In this document: positions 21,717 to 42,930 of the stretch, piece after piece
Position numbering within the stretch: position 1 is the first letter of the stretch
Layout of the letters: each line of letters starts with the position of its first letter
Assembly: GCF_009914755.1 (NCBI RefSeq)
Contig: NC_060927.1
DNA from: the human T2T-CHM13v2.0 reference genome, Homo sapiens
Direction: 5' to 3' (one strand)
Length of the DNA: 64,000 nucleotides
Position numbers and translations under genes: made by a program
Notes under the pieces: generated by a model
The model's input: the letters and a program-made list of their open reading frames with translations, nothing else
Databases searched by the model: none
Told to the model about the DNA's origin: nothing

Positions 21717-21908
21717 CAGTGGTTCTAAACCAGGGCTGACAATGTCTAGAGATGTTTTTGGTTGCTACAGTTTGGGGGCATGCTGCCGGCATCTAGTGGG
21801 GTAGAGGGCAGGGATGCCTCCAAACATCCTATATTGCTCAGGACACTCCCCAGCAATGAAGAATTGTCTGGCCCCAAATCTCAGTAGTGTCAAGGTTGAG
21901 AGACTGCT
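21717..21908 (+). mobile_element. MER20
   Basis: cagtggttctaaaccagggc...ggcatctagtggggtagagggcagggatgc...aaggttgagagactg. Confidence 0.85.
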
Positions 21909-22149
21909 TTATAGGAGAAAGCATACCTGAAGATTTTAAAAGTGTCTTGAAGTTTTCTTCTAGGACCTCTGAAATTTAAAAAAATGGTAAGACCACCAAT
22001 TAAGGTCTTTAACCAAGTCTTAGTTTTACCTATCAGAATTCTATTTGAGACGGTAAAGTATAATTTTGAGAAATAAATAATATGAATGTCCTAGATGTTT
22101 TTGTGTTTATTTAAATATGGTGTCTGTTAACTAGCTTTATTGGTTCATT

Positions 22150-22636
22150 GTTTCTTTTTTTTTTTTTTTTTTTTTAATACAGAGTCTCACTCTGTCGCCC
22201 ATTCTGTTAACTGGCTTTACTGGTTCATTGTTTCTTTTTTTTTTTTTTTTTAAATACAGAGTCTCACTCTGTCGCCCAGGCTGGAGTTCAGTGGCTCACT
22301 GAAACCTCCACCTCCCACTGAAACCTCCACCTCCCGGGTTCAAGAGATTTTCATGCTTCAGCCACCCGAGTAGCTGGGATTACAGGCATGTGTCACCACA
22401 TCTAGCTAATTTTTGTATTTTTAGTACAGATAGGGTTTTGTCATGTTGCCCAGGCTGGTCCTGAACTCCTGAGCTCAAGTGATCTGCTTGCTTTGGCCTC
22501 CCAGTGCTGGGATTAATAGAGAATGGGATATGGCCTATGTTGCTTAGGCTGGTCCCAAGCTCTGGGCACAAGCTATTTACCACCTCAGCCTCACAAAGTG
22601 CTGGGATTACAGACATCAGCCACTGTGCCCAGCCAG
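22150..22636 (-). mobile_element. Rearranged Alu with local duplications and an extra left-arm segment
   Basis: Alu consensus with a duplicated tail and a 19-bp internal duplication. Confidence 0.8.
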
Positions 22637-23150
22637 GTCATTCTTCATATCTGTGGGGAGAGAGCCTTCAATTCCTCACTTTCTTGATGGATTAGTAGCC
22701 TCATGGCTTCATTAACCACAGGTAACCATAGAGGTATACCTAACCTTTAGTTTCCCATAAACTCTGCCTGTTGTTAGCCTGGAAGCTGTGTGTATTTTAC
22801 AGTCCAGGTCACAGGCCACTGCTGATACACCAACCAGTCTTCAGTGACAGCAGTGCTGACCACTTCCCCCACCCCCAATTAGCACCCAAAGGAGCTAGCT
22901 GCCCTAGCCACTGGTGGGTCCCCTGCATGCTGTCCTTGAAAGGGAAGAGTTAGATATATTGAGTCTAGAAAGAGTGAGAGAGAAAGAGATTGGTTATTTC
23001 TGTCATCTTTCAGAATTAAGTGTATGTTAAAGTGAGGACTCTGTTCCTTATGTATGCATCATATATATGCATTTTGGAAACTCTTGACAAAGTTGGAAGA
23101 ACTTTGGAAGAAGCTGGAAGTGTGGAGAAGTCTACTAAATCCATACCAGC

Positions 23151-23358
23151 TTTTTTTTTTTGAGATGGAGTCTTGCTCTGTCGCCCAGGCTGGAGTGTAG
23201 TGGCTCAGTCTTGGCTTACTATAACCTCCACCTCCTGGGTTCTAGCAATTCTCCCTGCTTCAGCCTTCCGTGTAGCTGGGATTACAGGCGACCACCACCA
23301 CACCCGGCTAATTTTTGTATTTTTAGTAGAGACAGGGTTTCACCATGTTGGCCAGGCT
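23151..23358 (-). mobile_element. 5'-truncated Alu
   Basis: TSD cataccagc on both sides. Confidence 0.85.
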
Positions 23359-23590
23359 CATACCAGCATGTTTTAATGCAACTATTAACAATATTTTGTT
23401 ACTGTATGGTAGAGATGGTAAACTGGCTGGGACACTGGGCGTGCAGATACAGACCAGGTTGGTTTTGGGGAAACTAGGAGGTATGGTCACTCTATTTTGT
23501 TTCTTTGATGTCCTTTGTACATCATTCCTAGTTAATATATTTCTTATATTTTTATCCTATCTTTCTTATACTTTTAGCCAGGCAGATATA

Positions 23591-23812
23591 CACTTGACCC
23601 TTACACAACACAGGTTTCAACTGTGGGGGTCAACTTAAACATAGATTGAAAGTACAATATTTGTAGGATGTGTGAAACCTGCCTACACAATGGACTGCTT
23701 TTTTTGTATTCGTGGGTTCTACAGGGTTGACAGCGGGATTTAAGTATGTGCAGATTTTGGTATACACAGGAGTCTTGGAACCAGTTCCTAAAGTATACCA
23801 AGGGATGACTCT
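23591..23812 (-). mobile_element. MER8 (Tigger2-related MITE)
   Basis: cacttgacccttacacaacacaggtttcaactg ... ttggaaccagttcctaaagtataccaagggatgac. Confidence 0.8.
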
Positions 23813-23824
23813 GCTGTCATAGTC

Positions 23825-23956
23825 GTTATGTTATGTTATGTTATGTTATGTTATGTTATGTTATGTTATGTTATGTTTGTTATGTTATGTTATGTTATTT
23901 ATGTTATGTTTATGTTATGTTATGTTATGTTATGTTATGTTATGTTATGTTATGTT
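23825..23956. repeat. (TTATG)n pentanucleotide, ~26 units with interruptions; tail of a truncated AluJ (23964-24076, -)
   Basis: Directly visible. Confidence 0.95.
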
Positions 23957-24514
23957 AGTATCCGAAACAGGGTCTTGCTCTGTTGCCCAGGCTGGAGTGC
24001 AGTGATGTGTCCATGGCTCATGGCAGCCTCAACCACCCGGGCACAAGCAGTTCTCCCACCCCAGCCTCCCATGTAGTGTCTTGGTCTTTAAAATTTTTTC
24101 TTCACCTAGGTTCTTCTTACCTTTCCAGTCTTCTCTTTCCACCATTTGTAACTTTTTCACATTACTTGAAGTTCACTGAATATGCAGTGTTCTACTGTGC
24201 TGGTGTTAAATTCTCATAGCACTTTGTTGTTAATTGCCTCATATGTTCTTCCTTATGGGATACCTTCAACTTGTCTTTTAAGACTGTTCAGATGGCCCCC
24301 ATTCAAATATATATTATTTACTGAGAAGTTTTCTTGGATCTCCTTTTCTCAATAAAAACTGCCATATTTCTGACATGTATCAATTGCATTTTCTGTTATA
24401 GCTGTTTGCTTACTAGTCTGTTTCTACTTGTGGTTCTGTAAGTTTTGAGGGGGCTGAACTTATGTTACTCAGAATGTGTCACACAGTAGGAGCTGGGTTA
24501 GATAAATGGAATAG

Positions 24515-28990
<4,476 letters not shown>

Positions 28991-31900
28991 TAAGATTTCT
29001 TTAATGTGCCCTTTTTAAAAATCACTGAATTTGGTATTGAGATGAGGCATAGGGTGTTAAAAAACACAGCTGCATATTTAAAATATGTTTTTTATTACAA
29101 AAGTAGGAAACCTTGTTTAAAACAATTTAAACAGTGCAGTAGTTCATCAAAGGAAGACATGACAGTCCCTCCATTTCTATCCGATGTAATATAGCATATT
29201 AATTTAGAATATACTTAATATTTATGTGCATTCAGTAAAATAAAAAATGGAAGTGGACCATTTAGTAAGTTGCTTTTTAAAAAGTCACCGTGAAAAATGA
29301 AAGTATACTTGAGCAAACCTTTGTATGTTAAGGAATTAAATTCAGATTTTTCAGGTATAATATACTTGGAAGAGAAATGCCAGAAGCCACTTAAAAGAAT
29401 AATTTGGATTACCTTTGCTTTTTGATATTCAGTTTGAATGTTTTTGTTTCTGAATTACAAAGTTTCATCATTAGTAGCTTAATTTTTCTTAATTTGTATT
29501 TTCACTAAGCATTTACCTTTTTAATACTTTTAAAAGGTAAAAAGCTTATATTAAAAATAAAATAGATTTTATAGATATGATTGGCTGAAATGAACAGCCT
29601 TTTTCAGACTAGAAACTTAAATTCATAAATATATACATAATAAATTCAGATCTAATTTCTAATGTAGGAAAATCAGTGTTTGGGTCTGATGCAGGAACAT
29701 TTATATATTTTGAAGATCTATGATACTTATATTGGAAAAAGGTAAAATTCACCAATTTATAATCAAGGGTAGAAAGGAAAATTTATCAAACTAAAATCAA
29801 GGGATAAATTTCTAGGAAGAAAGGAAAATAGCAATAAAGTTACTTTATTGGTAGTGATCTGTCTTAGGAGGATTGTCAATGTGTATAACAACATAGAGGA
29901 TCTTGTACATTCTGTAGGGTTACCTGCGGAGAACCAAACTAAAACCTAAATTCTCTGAATATTTTGGTGGATCTTAAGGTGTTGGGTAGTCTGCTGGACT
30001 CAGTGTTTTAAATGGTTCATTTGGGAATGTCCACCCAGATTTGAATTAATTTCGTAGTCTCACAGCATTTTAAATATTAAATGGTAAATAAACTTCTAAA
30101 TTATAATTTGAAAGCCCAAAGGAGTTTCTTTTCTCTCTCCTTCCTTCCTGCCTCCCTCCCTCCTTCTCCTTTCCTTTCCTTTCCCTTTGTTTTTTTCTTC
30201 ACAGCTCAGATTTCTGCTTTTAAGCTAAAGCATTTAAGATTTAGTCCCAAAATAATACTTGGCTTTTTGAAAGCATCAAATTCATTTAAAAATTTTTGCT
30301 TCCAAGCAGCACAACTGATTGTGGTTCACGTAAGCCCAAAAGAAAACTAGAAAAGAAGGGAAAGAAATATTTATTAGAAGGATATTGAAATAACACTTAG
30401 AAACAAGGGTTGAGCTACACTACCAAGCCAAAGGGTATGAGGATGGAGCCCAGGGACCTCAGCAGCAGAAGTCGTTAGACTTGTTCTTCAGGTTCTAGCA
30501 AAGGACTGAGTTCCAGTCTTGGTGTCTTCCATATTTCACATTTTTGGAGGAAAATAATCTGATTGGCCTGGCCCTGGTCAGGTGGGGTGATGAGAGAAAC
30601 AGAGCTGGCTACTGGAGGCCCATCCTTGTGTATTCAGTACCTTTTAAAGAAAATGGGAACCATGAGCTGGGGAGCTGACTCATTAGTATGTGCTATAACC
30701 AGCATATATGTGTATACAGTACCTGCAATTCATCATATTGGTAAAATATGTTAAAATTATTATCTTAAAACTGTTGTGAAGGTTATAATGGCAACTTACT
30801 GTGTCAGTGGGAATCACCTTCTGACCTTTAAGGGTCCAGATAAATTTAGCACTGACCCTTGTTCTATTATTGTGAGACGTTTATTGTTCTTACTAAGATC
30901 TTTGAATTGTTGAAATGCTTATATTTCTTGATACTGTAGCTTCTGTTAGCCTAGTATCATGGAACCTCATCTTTATAAGGAAAAAAAGACGTAGAACTGG
31001 TGATTATGGTCTGGGGAAGAATATAATAGTTGCTTTAAGGAAGTTATAAACAAAGTGCTTTGGGAGCAGTAACTTAAAAAGTTTATTTCTGGCAAGGAAT
31101 ATTTAGCAGTGCATCATGGTGCAAGGAGGCATTTCAACTTAGTCTGGGCAGAGGGAACAGTGAGCAAAGGAATAGTAAAGTTCAGAGCTGTGGAGGAAGA
31201 ATTAGGATAGATTAGAAAGGGTCTTGCTAATGCATAGAATTTTGGCTTTAGAAAGACATTAGAAATTAATGAAGGCTTTTGAGCAGAGAAAAGATAAATC
31301 AGAGCTTTGCCTTGGAGAAATTGAGTCTAATTCAAAGGAATTAGGGAAATCACTCAGGAGATGATTATGGTATTTAAGCTAGAGGAGATGAGAATTTGTA
31401 ATGGTGCAGCATTAGTGGGAATGAACATGAGGGTTCACAGACAACATTAGGTTATGGATCTGTAGATAATATCTGTTCATCATTCTCACCTTGCCTGGGT
31501 TTTTATAGGTTTCCTAACTTGATTTTGCTTGCCCTTTCTAGTCTTGTCTAATATATGCTATTAGTAGTAGTCATGCTACAATATAAGTATGTTATTCCCA
31601 TGATTAAAATCTTTCTGCACCTTCTCCCTTGCTCAAGTTAAAGTTCTTATGAGATTTAAGGCATAAATAAATAATTGTAGCTCTATTTAATTTGATATTT
31701 TTCTATTTGTTCCCTGTGTTTTTCTTTTCTCCTAAATTACTCAATTCTCTAGTAAATTCATACTGCCTCGTCCCAGTGACTTTGTACATATTGTTCCCTT
31801 TGCTGGAACAAAGACCTTACTTTTCCTTTGTGTACATTTTTTCTCCCTCTTCTGTGTTGCTCTTGACTTTGTGCTCATTTTAAAAGATACATGCAAGGGG

Positions 31901-32102
31901 TCATCTCTTCTAGAAAACCTCCATTGACCCTGAATTAGATGTGACTCAGCCCACTTCTATCATCATATATAAAATTTGCCGTGCCATTATTTTTTGTTTA
32001 GATTGTGAGTTCCCTGAGGACAACTAAATTCTTTATATATCTTTTCTTACCACATAATAGCTTAGGGATGCATATTTGCATTAAATGTTTTTTGGCCTAT
32101 AC

Positions 32103-32323
32103 CGAGCTTATACAGCCCGCAGGCTGCATGCAGCCCAGGGCAGCTTTGAATGTGACCCAACACAAATTCATAAACTGTCTTGAAACATTATGAGATTTTT
32201 GCGATTTTTTTTAAAAAAAGCACATCAGCTATCATTAGTGTTAGTGTTAGTGTATTTTATGTGCAGCCTAAGACAATTTCTCTTCCAGTGTGACCCAGGG
32301 AAGCCAAAACATTGGACAATCCT
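32103..32323 (-). mobile_element. MER30
   Basis: cagctttgaatgtgacccaacacaaattcataaact...ccagggaagccaaaacattggacaatcctg. Confidence 0.85.
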
Positions 32324-33062
32324 GGCCTATACTGTTCCTGTAACTAGATGTCATGATGTAATTAGAGTATGGATTCTGAAGCCATAAAGCCTGGGTTGAA
32401 ATCCTAGCCCTGTTACTTATTACCTGTGCAATTATGGGCAGTTTATTTAACCTGTTTCGAAGTTGTCTTATTGATAATAAAATGCGGAGAGTAGTACCAC
32501 CCAACTCATACATATGCTTCTGAAGATTGAGTTAATATGTCCAAAGTGCTTAGAACAGTACCTGGCATTTGTGATTATGTATGTGCTTGCTATTTTTATT
32601 ATGCATTACAGTTCAAATATGAATCTATTCCCCTATTTTTTTGTTTTTGAGACAGAGTCTTGCTCTGTCACCAGGTTGGTGTGCAGTGGCATGATCTCAG
32701 CTCACTGAACCTCCACCTCCCAGGTTGAAGCTCTTCCCCTGCCTCAGCCTCCCTAGTAGCTGGGACTACAGGCGTGCGCCACCATTGCCTGGCTAATTTT
32801 TTGCATTTTAGTAGAGACGGGGTTTCACCATGTTGGCCAGGGTGATCTCAATCTCCTGACCTCATGATCCGCCAGCCTTGGCCTCCTAAAGTGCTGGGAT
32901 TACAGGCGTGAGCCCCGCTCCCAGCTATTCCCCTATTAATTGCCAAAGCAGTTCTACACATAATTCCCAGATCTGCTTGGAAGGTGGCATTTTTTCTACC
33001 TGATTTGTTTTTTCTACTGTAGATGGTTTGTAGACATTATTCCCACAGAGTGGGCTTCAGGA

Positions 33063-36050
33063 TATTCATTTATTCAATCACCAGATAATTATTGAGTGCC
33101 TACTATTTGCCAGACTTTGTATTTGTTTTATATATATGAATAAATTCTTGGTACTTGTGAGGTGTGTGTGTGTGTGTGTGTGTTTGTGTGTGTGAATAAA
33201 TATGTGAGCAGACAGTAGATAAATAAATTATATATTATGTTACTGGATAGTAAGGGCAATGCAAAAATAAGAAAAAGGGTAAGGGAAATGAGGGTTAAGA
33301 GTGGAGAATGTTACAGCTCTTTTAGAATTTGTCTAGTAGGCTTTCTGGGAGGTCTTTACCAGAAAGCCTCCCCACCGCTCCCCTCAAACTCCCATGTTAA
33401 AAAAAACTTTTTTTTTTTTTTATGAGTGAATAGGTAGTTGGATTTTTTTTTTTTTTTTAAGAGACGGGGTGGGCTGGGCACTAGTGAGTCACGCCTCTAA
33501 TTCCAGCACTTCAGGAGGCTGAGGCAGGTGGATCACCTGAGGTCAGGAGTTTGAGACCAGGCTGGCCAACATGGTGAAACCTCATCTCTACTAAAAATAC
33601 AAAAATTAGCCAGGCGTGGTGGCACACGCCTGTCATCCTAGCTACTCAGGAAGCTGAGGCAGGAGAATAGCTTGAACCCAGGAGGTGGAGGTTGCAGTGA
33701 GCTGAGATCACACCACCATATTCCAGCCTGGGTGTCAGAGCAAGACTCCGTCTCAAAAAAAAAAAAAAAAAGACGGGGTCTTACTCAGCCTCCCAAAGGC
33801 TGGGATTACAGGTGTGAGCCACCATGCCTGGCCCAGGTAGTTGGAATTTTAAATAAGATGGTCAGGGGAAGTCTCATTTAGAAGGTGACATTTGATCGAG
33901 GCCCAAGAATAAGGGAGTCAGCCGTGCAATATATAGAAGATAAATCCAGGTAGAAGACTTTTTTTGTTTTTGAGATGGAGTCTCGCTCTTCCACCAGGCT
34001 CGAGTGCAGTGGTGCAATCTGTGCCTCCTGGTTTCAAGCAATTCCCCTGCCTCAGCCTCCCGAGTAGCTGGGACTACAGATGCGCGCCACCATGCCCAGC
34101 TAATTGTTGTATTTTTGGTAGAGACGGAGTTTCACCATGTTGACCAGGATGGTTTGATCTCCTGACCTCGTGATCCGCCCACCTAGGCCTCCCAAAGTGC
34201 TGGGATTACAGGCACTTTTGTGAGCCACTGCGCCCGGCCAAGGTAGAAGAATCTTTCAGTGCAAAAGCCTTAAGTAGGACTAGTGTGTCTAGCCCTTTCA
34301 CAGACTAACAAGGAGGCCACTGTGGCTGAAGTAGACTGATCAAGGAGAGGAGGAGGTAAAGGGAATGGGGGAAATATAATGTAGGGCAGTGTGGAGCACT
34401 GTAAAGGCTTTGGCCTTTGAGTGAAATCCAGAGCCGTTGCAGTTTTTTGTTGTTGTTTTTTTGAGACAGTCTCACTCTGTCATGCAGTGTGAGTGCAGTG
34501 ATGTGATCATGGCTCACTGCAGCCTCGAACTCCTGGGCTCAAGCAGTCCTCCTTCCTCAGTCTCCTGAGTAGCTGAGACTACAGGCTTGCACCGCCATGC
34601 CTGGCAAATTTTTAATTTTTTTGTAGAGACAGGATCTTGTTGCCCAGGCTGGTTTTGAACCCCTGGATGCAAACAATCCTCCCACCTTGTCCTCCCAAAG
34701 TGTTGGGATTACAGGCGTGAGCCACTTCGCCTGGCTAGTATTACAGAGTTTTGAGCAGAGAAGTGACACTATCAGACTTAAGCATTAAAAGAATTGTCCA
34801 ATGAATGGCTGTGCTGAAAATATATTTGAGGTAAAGTAAGCTAGAGGCAGGGGTATTGAAATCAGGCTAAGAGATGTTTGTGGTTTGAATTAAGTGGTAG
34901 CAGGAGGTGTTAAGAATTAGTCACATTGTGTATGTATTTTGAAGGTACAACCAACAGGATTTCCAGGCAAGATAGAGTGTGATGTGAAAAAGAAAGAAAG
35001 GAGTCAGTAGTGACTCAGGAGTTTGTCTGAGCATCCGAAGTGTGGAATTTCATCACATCTGAGAGGTGAAAGAGGCTGTAGGAGGAGCAATATGTGGGAA
35101 AGATCAGAAGTTCAGTTTTGGACATGCCAAATATTACTTGGCCAAATGGTTGGGTGGATGATTGGGGATCAGGAGTCATCCTGATAAAATTGGCATGCAG
35201 ATAGTATTAAAAACTCCAGACTGGATGAGATCACCAAGTGTAGATAGAAAAGAGAGACTGAATTGTGAGTGCTCCAGCATTAAGCAGTTTGGGAAACCAG
35301 AAAAGGAAAATGAACAAGAAAGATAAAAGGAAACCCAGGAAAGTAATTAAGGAGGAGTGATCAACTGTAAAATATTGTTAGTGAGACATTTAAGAAAATT
35401 GTCCACTAACCAGTGGATTTAGCAATTGGAGTTCGTTGGTGATCTTGATAAATGCAGATTAGGTTTAGTGGTGGGACAGAAAGCTTGGAGTAGATTTGAG
35501 AGATAATGGGAGGGAGACAGCTGTTTTAAGGACTTTTATTACAAAGCACAGCAAATTTTTAAATGGTATTGGAACTGGGAGGGTAAGTGGAATAAAGAAT
35601 AAATTTTAAAAGGGAGAAATATCAGTGTATTTATATTTGTATGCTGGTGGGAATGATCCATTATTAGCAAATAAAAAGTTGATGTAGATGATAGGAGAAA
35701 GGGGAGAATTGCTCAAGTGATGCTCTTGAGTAGGTGATCAAATGGCAAATGTGGTATATAAATAGACCAGAGCATGGATAGTTCCATCTATGATAACAGG
35801 TGGGAGTTCAGGGTGTGTACATGTACATGACAGTAGGTAACTGGTGGGACCCTGGAAATTCCCTATTGTTTTCAGTTTTATAAGTGCAACAAGAAGCAAG
35901 GTCATTGAGTGTGAGGGAGGGAAAACTCAATGTAGGGTTGAGGTGAGAAGATATGAAATAGTTACTGGGAGAGTCAGAGAATGAAATAGACTGGGGATAA
36001 TGTCTGGTAGCATTTGTAGCGTACTCAAGATCAGCCAGCATGGTTGTGGA
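33063..36050 (-). mobile_element. Fragmented L2 interrupted by the U7 copy and Alus (33443-33833 nested, 33959-34239, 34443-34735)
   Basis: L2 3' end attcatttattcaa...tttattgagtgcctactatttgccag, followed by purine-rich L2-like body. Confidence 0.7.
33306..33370 (+). pseudogene. U7 snRNA copy (RNU7 pseudogene)
   Basis: 33309-33348 matches recalled human U7 (TGTTACAGCTCTTTTAGAATTTGTCTAGTAGGCTTTCTGG); U7 Sm site AATTTGTCTAG at 33326-36; 3' hairpin at 33338-33369. Confidence 0.93.
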
Positions 36051-36184
36051 TTTTTCTTTGTCTTTGCTTTCTTCCCTATGTAGGCACAGATTTGGTGGGG
36101 ATTACGTTGATTTTTTTTTTTTTTTAATTACAGTGAAGCCAGAGAAGGGCTAGAGAACCAACTATATCTGAGGGAGTGATTATA

Positions 36185-38070
<1,886 letters not shown>

Positions 38071-39004
38071 TACCTTCCTATTTCTAAGGTACAGTCTTTT
38101 TACTAGTTACTTTTTCTCTTAATTTTACAGTCTAGTTACTTTTTCCCTTAATGTCTGATTTCTTAGTAATGAAAGTTAAGATTTAGTTTCTTTTACGTAC
38201 TCCTTCTCCAAGCATGCACACAAACTTCCCACTTTAACTGCTCATTTTTTCCAGTATAATTACATTGAAATTTTGGTCACATTAGCATTCAATATATACG
38301 TTGTCTCTGTTAATGCTATTTTTTTCATTTAATTTTCTGTATGCTTATGACTAATTCAACCCCAAATTTTAGTTGTTTATATATCAATTTCATGTTTTAA
38401 AAAAAATCTCTTGTTGAGCCTTCTTAACTGCTCCATTCTGGACTGGTTGCTCTCTAGACCTGCCTGAATCCTACCAAGTTATGATGAAAATGGAAATTCT
38501 ACCATCTTACGGTGGGAGACCCATTTTTATCATCCTGTAATTAACTTTTTGTGTTGGAGTCTCAGTATTCTAGATACCATATCATGCTCTTTCTTGGTTT
38601 ACATCATTGTTTTGGTGGAATGAGAGGAGGCACAATAACAATTTTTTTTGTTTTGTACTTTCAGTGTCTGAAAATGTGTTTATTCTACCTACTTATTTGA
38701 TAGTCTGGTTATTCTAGGTTGAAAATTATTGTCTCTCTGAATTTTGAAGGAATTTTTTCATTGCTTTCTTTGACACCTGTTGATAAATCTGGAGCCCTCT
38801 TTGTATGTGACCTGGTTTATGTCCCTGGAGTTTTGTAGAATCTTCTCTTTGATTCCAGAATTACACAGTTTTACTGCAGTGTGCTTTGCTGTGAGACTAT
38901 TTGTCAACTCTTGTGTTGGTCACTCTTCAGCAACTCTTGTGAGTTCTCTTAATTTGAAAACTAGTATTTTTTAATTCTGGGAATTATTTATGGATTGCTT
39001 GGTT

Positions 39005-39560
39005 GAGGCAAAACATGCATAAAATGAAATTTACCACTTTTTAACCGTTGCTAAATGTACAGTTCAGTGGCATTAAGTACATTCACAGTGTTGTAGAGCC
39101 ATCATCATTATTCATTTCCAGAACCTTTTTATTGTCCCAAATATAAATTCTGTACCCATTAAACAATAATGACCATTCCTCCTTCCTTCCAATCCCTGTC
39201 TAGCTTTTGTGTCTTTGAGTTTGATGGATTTTAGGTACCTCACTTAAGTGACATTATAAAATATTTCGTGTCTGGCTTATTTTACTTCACGTAATGCTTT
39301 CAGGGTTCAGGGTTGTTTTCACCTTTTAGCCATTGTGAATAACACTGCCGTGAATGTTGGTGTGCGAGTGTCTAAGTCTGTACTTTTACTTCTTTTGGGT
39401 ATACACCTAGAAGTAGAATTGCTGGATCATACGGTAGTTCTGTGTTTAACTTTTCGAGGAACTGTATTCCACAATGGCCGCGCCATTTTACGTTCCCATC
39501 AGCAGTGCCCATTGGTCCCAGTTTCTCCATATCCTCACCAGTGCTTGTTATTTTTCATTT
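39005..39560 (-). mobile_element. L1MB-like 3' UTR fragment
   Basis: aaatgtacagttcagtggcattaagtacattcacagtgttg...agaagtagaattgctggatca. Confidence 0.75.
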
Positions 39561-39981
39561 TAGAAAATGTTTTTGATTTAAAATAATTATTGGTTTCTTC
39601 TCCACTTTTCTGTGTGTGGGTGTGTGTATTTTTTTCTTTTTAAACTGGTCATTTAGACTTTGAACCTCTTGTACTACTATTACAGTTTTCTGATTACTTC
39701 CCTCCTTTTTATAAATGTCTTTAAACAATGCACCTTTAAAAAAGAGTGTTAAATGGTGCCATCATTGAGTTAGTAGTTTTGTTTTATTTTAACTCCTCCT
39801 CTTCCCTCCAAATCTATAGTTTTTGTGTGTGTAGAATTTTCCAGGTAACGCAGAACACTTGCTGACTATTATTACTCAGGCTATGGAGATTCCTACCAGT
39901 TAGTGGACACATATTTTCCTCCAATTTCTTAGTCTTCAAGAATCCTAGCTCCATTTGATAACTATGAGTAGTGCTTTTTGA

Positions 39982-40317
<336 letters not shown>

Positions 40318-40361
40318 TAGTTTTGTTCTTAAAAAAAAAAAAAAACATTTCCAACAGTTCA

Positions 40362-42012
<1,651 letters not shown>

Positions 42013-42930
42013 AATTTCCAGTTTATCTTTTTAGTTTTGTCATATGTAAATGGAGATTCCCAGGAAGCGTTAATTCATTTAGTAGCGTTGACATGTTCAT
42101 TTTCCATGTATTCAGTCCTTAAACCAAAGTACAAATTGTTCTTGTGATAGGTACTTTGCTTTTAATGATTTTTTTCTTCTTTTTTTGAAAGTATGAGATA
42201 CATTCCAGATGCATTCCAGATAATTATTACTTACGTGATTGGCATTTTTAAAGTAGCACATAACTCTGGGATATACTTTAAAGTAGCAGTGAAAGTAATC
42301 TGTATATAAAATTACACAAAATAAACGAATACCAAAATATTAGCTAACATAGCAGACATTAAGATACTTTTGTTTTACTGTCAAACTCAAGATTCTTCAG
42401 GATAAAACCTTTGTATTAAAATATACAGTAATCTCTCACCACTTGTGGCAGTGCCAACTCATTTTTATATTTCAGTAACAGATATTTTAAGCTTTAATCA
42501 TTTACATATGTCTTTCAGTCTCCCTAAATTTAAAAATGAAATGATTATTGTCTTCTTTGCTGTATATCACATGGATTGGTCTTTGGGTTGGATAGAAGGG
42601 GGATTTTTTTTCCCCCTCCACTTAATACACAGACGACTACACCCAAGAAAAAAATTCTAGATTAGATCTTCATAGCACATTGTCCTGTACAACTGAAAGT
42701 GATTCATGAGATTTTAATGCTAATGAGTATATTTTTTTAAATGAATCATCTGTATATTAGGTTTAGATTATTTAGATTTCTCTTTCCCTCTTTCTTTAAA
42801 AAGATGTATATACATGTGCTACAAATCTTATTCCTCAAATTTTGTGACTTTGATCTTGGCAGTTCTGATTTCCCCAGCCTTATTATTTTAAGGTAACCAG
42901 TTAAGATGTTAACAAAAGGGATTGTGTATT

